The position numbers and the translations under genes are program-made. Shown one piece after another: positions 1 through 12,374 of a DNA stretch of 64,000 bases. Origin of the DNA: Somniosus microcephalus (lineage: Eukaryota); NCBI GenBank assembly GCA_052327205.1, contig CM126217.1:64604001-64668000 (forward strand), read 5' to 3'. The number at the start of each line of letters is the position of its first letter. Position 1 is the first letter of the stretch. The notes under the pieces were generated by a model that did not search any database, had not been told where the DNA came from, and saw only the letters and a program-made list of their open reading frames with translations.

Positions 1-130
1 GTGTCCCCTACATTGGCATGGGTTGCCACGGCTGAGGGTTCCCCTGATGGGCCGCCTTCCTCTTGCTCCTCCTCCTCCTCCTCTTCTGAGGGGCTGTCAC
101 TGGCAAGTTCAGGGACCTCCTCCTCACCAT
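1..130 (-). CDS. Myb/SANT-like protein, exon 3 (acidic, runs off window)
   Basis: Acceptor CCTTCCTGCTTTCAG; phase-1 join gives the open frame DGEEEVPELASDSPSEEEEEEEQEEGGPSGEPSAVATHANVGD. Confidence 0.75.
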
Positions 131-289
131 CTGAAAGCAGGAAGGCACAAGAGTAGCTTTAGAGTGAGGAGAGGGCGTCAGCGAGGGATGCATGAGTGGT
201 GGCATTCAGCGCATTGGTCGGACAGTGGCAAAGGATGTAGATCTGATGCGCAAGTGGGACGAGAGAGGTCCAAACGTTGATGTCCTTAC

Positions 290-452
290 CATTGGTGCCC
301 AGAACAGGGTCGGCATCTCCACATGCAACAGGGCCAATCACCCGGCCACCCATGATGTGCTCCACGCGATGTTGCAGCTCAGTGAGCGGCTGGATCTGGG
401 GTCGGCCTCCCCTGGTCGCAGTCCGGCTCTTCTTGTTATTGGCCAGCTTGGC
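290..452 (-). CDS. Myb/SANT-like protein, exon 2
   Basis: Acceptor CCTTTCTCTTGCAG, donor GTAAGG at 289; reads AKLANNKKSRTATRGGRPQIQPLTELQHRVEHIMG..., in frame with exon 1. Confidence 0.8.
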
Positions 453-480
453 CTGCAAGAGAAAGGACGGCCTCTAAGTA

Positions 481-650
481 CAGTGTGTAGCCCTGATCTT
501 GTGTGCACTGCCTCCCATGGTGGAATAGCCTGGCCAGTGTGTCGCCCTGATCTTGTGTGCACTGCCTCCCATGGTGGAATAGCCTGGCCAGTGTGTCGCC
601 CTGATCTTGTGTGCACTGCCTCCCATGGTGGAATAGCTTGGCCAGTGTGT
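481..650. repeat. 54-bp minisatellite, about 3 copies, in intron 1 of the Myb gene
   Basis: Unit GTGTGTCGCCCTGATCTTGTGTGCACTGCCTCCCATGGTGGAATAGCCTGGCCA, near-identical head-to-tail copies. Confidence 0.95.
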
Positions 651-791
651 TAAGTGCAGAATGTGCAATTGATGTTCATGCCTGTCCCATAGCTGCTGGA
701 TGAGGGCTGGCCATTAGGGCTTTCAGGTCCCTTTGCCCATAATGTGAGGTGCATATGCAAGGATGAGGAGGTCACTGGAAAGGGTACTCAC

Positions 792-1028
792 CCTGACAAT
801 CCGCGTGAGGTCATTAAACTTTTTGCGGCATTGGACACCGGTCCTGGGGACCTCGCTGTTGGCTGACACCTTGCTGGCGACATGCCTCCAGGCTCTCCGG
901 TAGGCGCGGACCGGCACCTTCCTGCCATTGTCCGGGTACAAAATATGGCGCCTCTTCTCCACACCACCAACCAGCACACTCAGATCACGCTCTGAGAAGC
1001 GCTGCGCTCGTTCACGGGCCCTCTGCAT
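792..1028 (-). CDS. Myb/SANT-like DNA-binding protein (Harbinger ORF2 / MSANTD-type), exon 1
   Basis: MQRARERAQRFSERDLSVLV...RRAWRHVASKVSA...RTGVQCRKKFNDLTRIVR fits the Myb/SANT-like pattern (F..E/D...L, W..VA..V, QC.KKF.DL). 237 bp, phase 0, GTGAGT donor at 791. Confidence 0.85.
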
Positions 1029-1389
1029 GGCTTCAGGCGCTATTTGGGTCCAGCAGCAGTGTTCAGGCCTAGCTGGAGGGCTCCACTATCCAGGGCGTGG
1101 CAGCAGACAAAGTCGACCCTTCCCCCTTAAGAGCTGGCCGGCGCCAGGGTGTCTGCTGTCAATCACGAGATGGCCGCACCTGCGCTGTGCCCGGCCTGGG
1201 CGCTCTCGCTCAGCACCTCCGGCTTAGCGCCTAAAGAGAGGCGTCCAGCGCCAGTTTTAGTGCTCCAGCAAACTCTTAGGGCGAAGCTAATGAATATCGG
1301 AGAAGTGGCCTCGATTTGGCGGCGGGTGCAAACTTTAGCGGCCGCCCGACTTTACCGCCCCAAAAGTGGCTACAATGAATTTCTAGGCC

Positions 1390-1972
1390 AAGATGTCTTA
1401 CTGCAATTATATAGGGCCCTGGTGAGACCACACCTGGAGTATTGTGTACAGTTTTGGTCTCCTTACCTAAGGAAGGATATACTTGCCATAGAGGGAGTGC
1501 AACAAAGGTTCACCAGACTGGGGGAATTGTCCTATGGGGAGAGATTGAGTAGACTAGGCCTATATTCTCTAGAGTTTAGAAGAATGAGAGGTGATCTCAC
1601 TGAAACATATCAAATTCTTAAGGGCCTTGATAGGGCAGATGTTGGGAGGATGTTTCCCCTAGCTGGGGAGTCTAGAACCAGGGGTCACAGTCTCAGAATA
1701 AGGGGTCGGCCATTTAGGACTGAGATGAAGAGAAATTTCTTCATTCAGAGGGTGGTGAATCTTTGGAATTCTCTACCCCAGAGGGCTGTGGAGGCTCAGT
1801 TGTCTAGTATATTCAAGACAGAGATCGATAGATTTTTGGATATTAAGGGAATCGAGGGATATGGGGATAGTACAGGAAAGCGGAGTTGAGGTAGAAGATC
1901 AGCCATGATCTTATTGAATGGCAGAGCAGTCTCGAGAGGCTAATTAGCCTACTCCTGTATGAATTTTGTATG
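1390..1972 (+). mobile_element. CR1 LINE 3' part (ORF2 C-terminus and 3' UTR)
   Basis: LYRALVRPHLEYCVQFWSPY...LGLYSLEFRRMRGDL...TRGHSLRI...FFIQRVVNLWNSLP, then a CR1-type tail. Confidence 0.95.
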
Positions 1973-2099
1973 TTTCAATGAGATCACCTCTCATTCTTCT
2001 AAACGCTAGAGAATATAGGCCTAGTCTACTCAATCTCTCCTCATAGGACAATCCCCCCATCCCAGGAATCAATCTCGTGAACCTTGGTTGCACTCCCTC
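1968..2099 (-). mobile_element. Inverted CR1 fragment
   Basis: Reverse complement closely matches 1491-1610. Confidence 0.85.
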
Positions 2100-2163
2100 C
2101 TCTTTCTTTCTTTCCTTCTTTCCTTCTCTTCTTCTTTTCTTCTTTCTTTCCTTCTTTCCTTCT
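2100..2163. repeat. Pyrimidine-rich (CTTT/CTT) simple repeat
   Basis: Direct inspection. Confidence 0.9.
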
Positions 2164-2589
2164 TGTTGGTGTGACAGGGCCTTCTTGTCCAGAGAGCTAA
2201 AACAGAGACACAGTCAATCTGGTTTTTACAATTGGCCAATCTCAGAGGAAGAATGCAGGAGGTTAGTTAGAAGTTATTTTGTTTAAGACAAGAAAGGTGA
2301 TCCACTGTGGGTAGTATAGCATATTAATTATTTTTGTATTAAGCAAAGGCAAGTTGTACTGATTGAACTAAATCAGTCTGTTGTTCTGTATGTTCATATG
2401 CTGTGACATAAAGCAGCTTAATGATTCATACCTGGTTTTGTTTTACCAAGTGTTTCGTTTGAAGAGATTGAAGAAACACACTTGTGAAAGACATGAATAT
2501 TCAGTTCAAATCACAAAGGGATACTATTCCTGTTCCTGGGACTAGGGACAGGGTCACTGGCAAGGCTTATGGAAGCTAAGCAGAGCCAG

Positions 2590-2878
2590 GCCTGGTTAGT
2601 ACCTGGTGGGGTAACCATCAGGGAAGACCAGGTGCAGAAGGTCACGGAAGGAGCCCCGAGGAGGGGTGGTTGGTGAGAAGGTCACGGGAGGAGTGGCTGG
2701 TGAGCAGGCCCGGGCGGTGGGCTGAAGATTGTCGGACAGGAGGAATGGTGGAAATGGAATGGCAGCGCGCACCGACGCAGCGGCTTTGCTTCTCCCAGTC
2801 ATGGGAGCTTGCAAGATCACATTTCGTTGTTCATGTACTTGTGCAATGACAATAAAGTTGAATTATTATTATTATTGT
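2590..2878 (+). mobile_element. Unclassified non-LTR retroelement 3' end
   Basis: Ends GTGCAATGACAATAAAGTTGAA plus a (TTA)n tail; GC-rich body; family not assigned. Confidence 0.4.
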
Positions 2879-5089
2879 TACAGCCCTGACTTCTGCTATC
2901 ATATGGTTAGATATTGAGCTGTACAGGCACATTCCTAAATGTTACTCGCTTAGACAGCTTACAGGAGGGACTAGCACTAAGGCAAGACCTTAACTTAACA
3001 TCAACCAACCAACTAACATGACTATTACCATCAGCGACTGGACTGTTCATGTGCTTCAGATCAAGCACAAACTTTTCAGGCAATGAGGAAAGAAAGACCC
3101 ATTACGATGAATCTGAAAGTGAACTAAATACACCAACACAAATATATGAGGAGGATGTGCATGAGCAGGATTTGCTTGGCTTAGATTTTAGTAAATAGTA
3201 AAAAGTTCCATGGGTCACATCTGAGGTATGTACTTATATTCACAATAATTACCTTTTAGAATTAAAAGAAATGAAATTGCATTACAAATTATTGAGTATG
3301 GCAATGAATTATGCAGGCTCTCAGGAAAGAAGGGGCAGACTTTCGAAGAGGTTTTAATCATTAAATATATATTCCTGCATTTTAGAATGATATTTCCTGA
3401 GAGGCCATAGACTGAGAAAAAGAATTGTCATTTTTGGTCTTTGTTACATAGTTCAGTAGGTTTGATCATTTAAGACAATTATTATAATGCGGATTTGATT
3501 TTACCAGAGTTGATCCCAAGTGGACTTCATTGCATTTGTAAAACTACCTTGTGGTCATCTGTTTGCCATCCTTTAGTTATCGTTAAAATTACAACAGTGT
3601 TGTGTTTAGAGGAAGTACAATTAAATATCTGCAGAATAGTAACTATTGGCTTATAGGCTTCATAAAACAATTCAGTGAGAAAGAGTAGTTGTTGAAAAGT
3701 TTTAAAGGAAATATCATACAAATTTATTTTAAAGGGATATCATTTTTGAGCCACACAGACCAGTAAGACCCATGGTCTGAAGTGAGTTATTTGACTTCAA
3801 CCAGAGTAGTGTTAGGGGCAGTGCATTTAGCCTAATTGTCCCCTTGATTAGGGAGGGGGTAATCAGCTCCCGCTCATGATGATTACCCGCTGATTTCTGC
3901 AACAAGTTTGTGTACGTGGCATTGGGTTACGACAAGATCAGATGCAGCTGTGATGCCTCCAAAATGCGAACCTGCCAATACTCATTGCCAAGACTCGCAT
4001 GTGAAAAAGAGCCAGTTACGGGAGATACAGAAGGACGCCTAGCGCCTGTGGAACAATTTACCAATAAGGAGTCAACATCTTTAGAAGAGGAGATAATTGG
4101 TGACAAAAAGGACGGAAAATAATGGAAATAATGGGGTATTGCCTTCATGAAAAAGTATTTGGTACACCTTTTTTCTTCTATTTACAAACATACAACTATA
4201 TGGTATAAATCATTTTGAAATGCTTTGTGCTGACGATGATGCATGGCTTAAATGTTTGTTAAACATTTTCATGGTGCCCCTTTAATATTAATACAAATTT
4301 TATGGGGAAGGGGATTTTGTGCCGATTAAAGTGCAGAATGAGTCTGACAGTGATGGGGAACAAAACATTGTTCCTTTTGCACGTGACGAATCCATCAGTC
4401 CCTTGCTATAGCACAGGTTAAATATAATGTGCCAACAATGTGCCTCAATACAAACCTGAAAGAAAATTCTATACTGTATCCAACTTTCTCATTTCATATA
4501 TTACATATTCTTAATACCTTTCTCAGCAAGACTTACTAATTAATATCAATTTGTGTCTCATTATGGTTCGACTTGTGCTGTGGATTGGAATCCACTCTGA
4601 TTTCAATTTAGACTGTCCATACTCATTTCACTTAGGATCATGGGCAATCATCAGTGGGAATAGGTTTCAATTCTCTCTTTGTAGGCTGGAATTGAACCCT
4701 GGTCTCACATACAAATGGCTAATGCTCTAATTCACGTACCCCATGTCAGTTTTTACAACTGTGAAATAGCACTGTTATAACTGGCAAATATATTGGCTGG
4801 GGTTTTCCCGCGATTTTCCACCTATGCATTTCATTTAAATTCCACTCATCCTTTAAATTATAGCACGTTCAGTAAAAGCAGGAAAACAAACCACTAACAA
4901 AGTAATGCTGAAATGAACGTTGCTTTTCAGAGTCTACCCAAGTTTTATGTATGGAGTTAATAAAGATTCAATTCTATTTTATTGCAACCCATTGATCAGT
5001 TATAGCCTAGTGTCAGTTACTCAGTGACTTTTGCAAAGTCCTCAGAGCAAATGATCTGCCCACCCACTTGGCCAAGAAATGGTGAAATC

Positions 5090-5218
5090 TTGGAGAACAA
5101 AGGTATTAAGGGATATGTGGCAAAGGCGGGTATATGGAGTTAGGTCACAGATCAGCCATGATCTCACTGAATGATGGGGCAGGCTTGGGGGGTTAAATGG
5201 CCTACTAATGTTTCTAAC
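5090..5218 (+). mobile_element. CR1 3' tail fragment
   Basis: GATCAGCCATGATCTCACTGAATG...AATGGCCTACT, similar to 1898-1955. Confidence 0.75.
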
Positions 5219-6385
5219 AATTGCAGAAAAAGATCATTCATGGGTGCTAGTTAGTAAAGTAAAGAAGCACACTGCCACATGAAGTGTTTGACATCTGAAA
5301 GCCACAATAATCTCATTATTTCACAATGATATGTAGCCTCATTTTACAATTTTTATGGTTAAACAGCGATAGCAACATGTAATGAAAATTGAAGATACCT
5401 TTATTATACTTTCTATTACTGCCACATTTTTGATTAAATATTTTATTAAAATAGTTGATAAAAGCTAATGATAAGTCACTTGCGCCAATGAAAACTTCAG
5501 CGGATGCTGGTATGTTACCTATACATTTATATATATATAATATTGTTAAAGTTAATACTGGAGCTGCTAACTGACAAATTGAGGGCCATAACTGGTTATT
5601 GTAAAAATTTGGTTCACATTTGCAGTCAATTAAAAGACTCTTGAAATGGTCTAGATCTTTCAGTCAGACCCAAGTTTAAATAATCTACCTTTCACCTTGT
5701 TAACACGTGCTGTTTACGTAACGTAAAATACCCTTTCCTGATGGTATTTGGTCTGTTTGTGTGATTTGATAGGTTATCCTTTGTCTGCTGATGGAATCTT
5801 GCTTTTCTACAGAAAAATCTTCTACAATTTTGTGAGAGTAAGCCAAGAGGAGGATTCCAGCCCACATATTTCAGCAATTTTTCCCTGAGTAATTGCCATA
5901 GCCAGAAAAAGTAATTCTGTTTTGCCTTTAAGCTGGTGTTAGACAGCTCGCACTGAAAGGGTGGAATAGGGCAATGGAAATGTGTTGGCAGTAGGGGAAT
6001 CAATGCAATTCTACTAACAGAACTGAGACACCAGCTTCATTTACACTGCAGTTAAAGAGGTGTTCTCTTAGTCAGTGGAGAGGGAGAACAGTTGTGCCCC
6101 ATTTTATTGTGATAACATCACTCAAAAGTGATGCAGTATCATTTTCACAACACAACTACAGATAATGATCATGTAAATGCTCAGATGTCGGAGATCATTG
6201 CTGAGCCTACAGAAGTATTCTTGGATGTTCACATCATTACAAGATAATTATGGATGAGGAAGGCCATTTGGTGTACCTTAGTTCATCAGAAAGACCTTAA
6301 AATCTCACCATCGCAGCAACTAAATTGGTTCCTAAATAAATCCAGGGTTTTTGCCTCTGTTACTCTATTCACGTTTCCACCCTAT

Positions 6386-7250
6386 GGTCTAGAAATTTGT
6401 TGGCACCATGCCCGCTTTACAGGGATAAAACGGGCACATAACTGTCCAATACAGCGGCTGCTGCCTGCCATATTGGACAGGGCTCCTCCATAGGCATCCA
6501 GGGCACATGTCAGAATGATTCATGAAGCTTGTTGTGATATTTAAATAAGGGAAGCTTGTTGTAATATTTAAATAAGGGAAGCTTGTTGTAATATTTAAAT
6601 AAGGGAAGCTTGTTGTAATATTTAAATAAGGGTCCTACGCTTATTGTAGGACCCTTTAGCGAAATTGGGATGCCCCAGCACATGACTCGCAATGTAATAA
6701 ACTCGCCCAGCAACTCATGGCACTAACAGGAAGCAAAAAGCTCATCCACTACATACAACTTAGTTGCTGGTTTGTCCTTTTCGGCTGCTGATTAACTTCT
6801 GGGCATTTCTTTGGCCTAGTTTCTGCCTTCTACCACTGAATTCTGACTTCTGATTAAGTTTTTTTGCTGGTGCTGGACTGCTTTTGGCTGCCTTCAAAAC
6901 AGTTTTACTGCAGTCATGGGTGGTCTGGTAGGGCTGCATTTGGGGCGAGAGGATGAGAGGGAGCAGCCCAGAAGACAGGAGAGAGAGAAGAAGCAGCTGG
7001 GAGAAGAGGGAAGAGGAGGGCACTGCACAGGAGACCATACCAACAGTGGGTCTTCAGGGAGCACTTCTCCTACATGAACTTTACTGTGGAGCAATGTCTC
7101 AGGTGCCTTTGTACTGTAACGGGGAGTTAAAATAGCTGATCTTCCGGGCTGCTGGACCCACAGCTCGGGAGAGGTATCCTCGATTCTGGGAAACACCCAG
7201 TCATTCCGGGAGGATTGGGAGCCCGACTTCCATGCATTTTGATAGTACAT
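6386..7250 (+). mobile_element. Harbinger remnant: left end and decayed transposase N-terminus
   Basis: Starts GGTCTAGAAATTTG; related to the reverse complement of 37690-37907; about 7015-7110 reads ALHRRPYQQWVFREHFSYMNFTVEQCLRCL. Right end not defined. Confidence 0.7.
6524..6631. repeat. 27-bp tandem repeat, 4 copies
   Basis: Unit GAAGCTTGTTGTAATATTTAAATAAGG. Confidence 0.95.
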
Positions 7251-7317
7251 AACAACATTTGATTACATTGATTTTGTTTAGCCTGATAGTAGCCTGATGT
7301 TTCTGGCAGAGATTAAC

Positions 7318-7370
7318 ACATACACACGTACATACACACATGTACGCACATGCACACGTCCACACACATG

Positions 7371-7439
<69 letters not shown>
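7318..7439. repeat. (CA)n microsatellite
   Basis: Direct inspection. Confidence 0.98.
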
Positions 7440-7441
<2 letters not shown>

Positions 7442-8739
7442 ACTTTGATTGATAAAAACCAGAATCCTAATGGAGAAGAAAGTGTGTGAGGGAAATTTAG
7501 GAGAGGAGGAAAGATTTTCTTTGTAAAAATGATTGGCATCAGCTCTCTGGACAGCAAAATATATTTACATTACTCTGAAAAATTACAGTTCCAGAAAGCA
7601 TGCCAACAATGAGGAGAAGTGTTAATCCCAGTTAACGAGAAACTGATAAAGGTTAGCATACTTCATAAAAACTTTCTACTGTTTTACAAAACTATGATTC
7701 ATACAATCCACAGAAGAATGAAGTGCCAATATCGACAAATTTAAAGCATCAATTTTAGTGTTATGCTATTGAAATGTGAGACTTGTTGATATAATTTTGC
7801 TATTTTCTTATGATTCTTATGGTTTCTAAAAAAACTGGAGCTGGTGTCTTATTTCCCTAAGTAATATTGCATCATTCCCCCGATTGCCAACACATCTTTT
7901 TTGCTCTCTTTCCCCTCTTCAGTGCCAGCTCGCTATTTCAGCAAAATTATTAGCCTGGAGAAATGAGCTGACAGAGGTACATTGTTTTCCTTTGCATATT
8001 CTGGAGCTGGCATTTATAAGAATTAAAACAATGTGGATAGTCAGTAGAATTTAAAGAAAGTAATTATGTTCAAAATTATTTTCTGATGAGATCATTACCC
8101 TCTTAGAACATTCTTAGTGAAATAGAAGATCCTGTCGAGATGTTACTGTGTTGCTATTACTACTAATCTAGCTTCCTTTTTTCTTCAGTCAGCTTCATCT
8201 TATGCTTCCTAACCTCGCTCACTGCAATTTATAGGATTCCCAGAAGCCAGTCATCAAGCTGAATTAATGTGATAATGCTGCTTTAAGACTAAGTTCCATG
8301 ACACCTTTTATTCTCTTGGCAACCACTGTAGTGAAAGGTTGGTGTCGAGAGGCTCAATTAATTAGATAAGTAGATAGAACCATATTATGGACATCAGGCA
8401 ATCTTACTGATAAAATTATGGAGGTTGGCTCCTAATGTGATGTCATCAATTTTTTCAGAACTTAATGACCTTTAAATTTTCTAATTTTTCAATCCATCAA
8501 ATAACTGAAAATGAAAATGTTTACATTTCATAAACTAAAATAGTTAGCATTGATTCCATTTAACTTGATAGAACTGTGGACTTACTTTTTTTAAAAATGA
8601 GTGCTGTTTTATATATACGCAATATCATTCTGATTCTTTGTATTACTTATTTAAGCAATGTATTTTTACCTATCCTATTCCATGCTGCCCCCCCGATTAT
8701 ATCATCCGCAGACGTCGGGTCAGCTTCTGTACGTATGCT

Positions 8740-8880
8740 GACAGTGCCCAGCTTTACCTCTCCACTACTCCACTCCACTCTACCCCATGACTGCCTCCAT
8801 GCTGGCAGACTGCCTGTGATGAAGCGGAATTTCCTCCAATTGAACATTAGGAAGACTGAAGCCATTGTTTTCAGCCTTTG
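8740..8880 (+). mobile_element. Decayed L2 fragment
   Basis: MKRNFLQLNIRKTEAIVF matches the L2 motif W...NFLQLN..KTE.IVF, also seen near 36275. Confidence 0.65.
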
Positions 8881-9505
8881 ACATTTCAGATGGGTTAATG
8901 CCTGTGTAATTATAGTGCACACGGGGATGTAATATGAGTCTGTTAAGCATCTGTATGTGTACTTTGCTGAAGAGAAGTTCTGCACTTCTTTACCTCCTTT
9001 GCTTTTTTTTACAGCCTTGGGGCAATTTAAAATCCAATGGTTTGCAGGTTTAAATAAAAGCTGTTGTCACTGATTTAAAATTTGATCAGGTATGGTGCCT
9101 GCTTCACACCATTCTGGCTGTGTGCTGCTGTTGTTTTAACTGTGTTTGGTACAAGAAAAATACACAAGAATTCATTGGCTTTCTAAGTGGAATGAGTTGT
9201 TTGGAGCAGTGGATAAGGCTAGAGCACTGGATCTGTCCAAGAACCGTAATGAAAATATAAAAGCATTGGCTACTGCAAGGAAGTGATCATATGAATTATA
9301 TGACTCAGGCAAACAAGCAATGTAAAAGAAAGAACCTGCATTTATTATAATACTTGAGCACATCTCTCAGGAGTTCCCATAAATGCTTTGAATTACTTTG
9401 AAATGCAGACACTTTTATGAGATGAGACTAGAACAAATCATTAAGTTGAAATATTTCTCAGAAAACAAGTGAACATACAGAGCAACAGTTATGATCAGAC
9501 TCACT

Positions 9506-11307
9506 GGACTAGAAATTCATATATTAACCGCCACCCTATAGCGCCATGAAATGGCGATAAAATGGCGGCCGCCTCTCTTTCACCAGCTGGTGGCGGGTCC
9601 CGCGGCAGCCGCCATATTGCTCTCCCCCTTTGCGCTGCCGGTAACTAGCAGCGCCCTGAAAAAAAATGGCGGCGTGGTGACGTCAATCAGTGTGCAACAC
9701 CGACTTAACATCACCAACGTGAACTTTGAACCTAGTGCTGAATTCAGTGCTGGGTCCTAATGCAAGCAGGCTGACAGTGGCAATGTCTGCAGCTCGTAAA
9801 GGGACACACACATTATTCAGGTAAGTTTGAATTTAAGGCTTTGGACTTTTTTTTTGATTTTATTGAAGTGACTTGCTGCAGTAGATATGAAAAGTTTTTT
9901 AAGTGTGTAGGGGGTGCTGCTGGATGCTTGAAAGGGTTCGGATGGTAAATGAAGGCCTTTGAGAAGACAGAACATGCTGCAAAAACTCAGCAGGTCACGC
10001 AACATCCGTGGAGAGAAAAACAGAGTTCACGTCTCAGGTCGACATGCTGCCTGACCAACTGAGTATTTCCAGCATTTTATGATGTCATTTCACATTTACA
10101 GCATCCGCTTGCAGAGAAGAGGAAAACGCAGAAGAGGAAGCCGAAGAGGAGGAATCAGATGGAAGGATGCATCCCAGGCAGCCCCTTTGTGGCCGGGATA
10201 TACGGGATGGAATCATCCACCTGCTGTCCCATTGGCTGGTCAGGCTGCCTCTTCTTGTTGACCCACTAGCTGGACAATCTGCATTTCTTGGGTGTGTGAA
10301 ATGAGGAAGGCACAAGGGTGGAGTTGTGCTGATGGGAGGGCGGGAAAGCATGAGTTGCATGCCAGAAGGAGGATAACGTACGAGGATACCTGTATCTTAT
10401 ATCCTTTCAGCCCTGCCGCTGGCCAAGGGCTCAACCATGCTCCTGCCAAGAATGGCCTGCACTGTCTCCTCCAAGGGGGTGAGGTGTGGCTAGCAATGGG
10501 AGATGTGCCTCATCATTGGTGCAGATTGTTGGTAGGTGAATGTTTGGGGGTTGTGCATTGAGCAGTGTCTGAGGCTAGTGGTGCAGTTGGTAGGAGACAG
10601 CTTTTGAAGATGCATTCATTGACCTTGACCAGTGATCTGAGGTCATGGAGCTTCTTTGGGCACTGGAGGTCCTGGGGATGACACTGCTGGCTTTAGTGAT
10701 GCACTCACACATCATTCTTTCTGGAGGGCCTCCTGGCCCCTGTGGGTAGAGGGCCGCTCTTGCAGTGTTGACCTCCTGCAAAAAGCTGCGTGTGAGACCC
10801 TGGGTGCCCCTTCCCTGGCTTGCTGAGCCATTTGTGTTAGTGCTCAAGCAGTTTTCCCATTTGTTGAGGTTAGGAAGGTAATTCACCATTAACAGCTGAT
10901 TATTCACATTTGAAACATCTTTTAAATATTGAATATTTCTTAAAAGGCAGAAATGGCTGAAAAATGTATTAATTCACGGCAGTTTATTTTGTCGTGCTTC
11001 AGTGTGCATGGCTCCTTTAAATCTCAGACCTCTTCATTACCCACAATTCCCTGTGAGCTCCATAGCTTCGCTCCCAGAGGCGGTGGGAAGCTGCAACGCC
11101 GGACCTGGACTGGAACTTCATCCCAGATCCGTCCAGCAACACCACCAGTACCGCATTGCATGGAAGGTGAGCGCTGCGCCACCTATCTCCATGCCCCCCC
11201 CACCAGACCAATTTCACTCGGTTAGCATCGTGGCCTTTTCCAGCGGCTGTTAACTGCAGCTGCCGGTGACACCAGCAACTTTGCTGGCGAACACAAATTT
11301 TCCCCCC
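9506..11307. mobile_element. Non-autonomous Harbinger: decayed Myb exons (-) and acidic transposase C-terminal tip (+)
   Basis: Starts GGACTAGAAATT; ACT flanks both ends (possible TSD, TIRs imperfect); 10100-10830 is homologous in inverted orientation to 46570-47780. Confidence 0.75.
9965..10078. mobile_element. Palindromic, probably Penelope-derived short repeat nested in the Harbinger
   Basis: Arms ATGCTGCAAAAACTCAGCAGGTCACGCAACAT and ATGCTGCCTGACCAACTGAGTATTTCCAGCAT are imperfect inverted repeats; the Penelope assignment is from memory of shark repeats. Confidence 0.55.
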
Positions 11308-12374
11308 ACTTAATTCAATCAGTACAACATGTCTCCATGTAATACTACAGAATAATGTGCGTGTTATGCTTCCCCATATTAGTGGATCATTAATGGAGTG
11401 AATATGCTTTTATACGTCTTGATTTTTCTAAATCTGCAGTGTCCTTTTTTCAACAATCTACTTGTCAGTTTCATCAATAGGCCTGTATCCCTTGTGACAT
11501 TTTAAAGTCCTGTTTTTGATTACTATTTCCTCTCCTGTTTGTTTTGCACTGTGCTGCATGCAGTCACCCAGCTGAGCAGTTAGCAGGCAACCTGCTCTCA
11601 GATCTTTACCACTCTTGAGTTATTTACTTCAAGCTCCACAAGAGTGGAGCAGACTGACTTTGCTGAGTTGTTCCAGCTGCAATGTATTTTCAATAAGGTG
11701 ATTACACTTTCCCTCAGACATATTATGGGAAAAGAAGCAGTTTTTGTTCCACTAATTGGTTGCTCCTCCTTCCCTAAGTCCCATTTTTTGGAACTAAATA
11801 ATTCTGTAAATCCAACATGTACAAAAATGCCTTGCACCTGTTTCAAATCTCAAATAATCCACATGATGATGGAACAGTATTTCTGGAAAGGGTAGCTGCT
11901 AACATCTGTTTGTACTTAGAAAGGTACAAACAGAAAGAGGAGAAAATACCCTGAAAGCAGTTTACTGCCCTGGTGAAAGTCTTTGACCAGTTGTAGGTTT
12001 ATGTCTTGCAGGAATATTGCCTTAATAAGCAAGATGCGACCTATGACTGAAGCTCCCAGAGGAGGTAGACAGACCTACAGTTAGCATTTGTAGTGCATGT
12101 CACATTCTGCTACTTTTCAGGTTTCAGCTGACACCTAGCTGGAATATTACAGGCATCAATTCTCAAATGCTGTATTGGTTAAGAGAGCTCATCATTGCAT
12201 CTGCTTTCTGGTGTCTCACATATTGGAAGAGTGTGGCCAGATTCCCCATTACTTTGGTTGTAAGAAACTGCCATAAATGGACACATGTTTACACGTTTTG
12301 AGGTGGAAAGAATTTATTGGACTCAGTGAATAAGCAGGCTCTGTACATTATTAAACATTGTTAACAGATTCTCT

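Larger units (their letters stand above)
1..1389 (-). mobile_element. PIF/Harbinger DNA transposon, one end (truncated by window start), carrying a Myb/SANT gene
   Basis: Ends in AATTTCTAGGCC (1378-1389), the terminus shared with other elements here; GC-rich subterminal region; abuts CR1 coding sequence at 1390. Confidence 0.85.

Noticed and set aside
481-650. Possible CRISPR-like array (also 6524-6631)
   Set aside because: Head-to-tail repeats with no unique spacers, no cas genes, eukaryotic context.
1149-1889. 246-aa ORF as a novel gene
   Set aside because: Chance read-through from the Harbinger end into the CR1 ORF2 C-terminus.
3080-3225. Plus-strand exon-like piece NEERKTHYDESESELNTPTQIYEEDVHEQDLLGLDFSK*
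   Set aside because: Has acceptor- and donor-like sites but an internal stop and no partner exons or recognisable homology.
3760-4060. Possible old SINE-like repeat (similar sequence near 31440-31560)
   Set aside because: Too decayed to define ends or family without a search.
7201-7557. ORF with a (VC)n tract
   Set aside because: Translation of the (CA)n microsatellite.
9965-10078. Hammerhead ribozyme in the Penelope-like repeat
   Set aside because: The CTGATGA...GAAA core is not present; the centre of the palindrome appears deleted.
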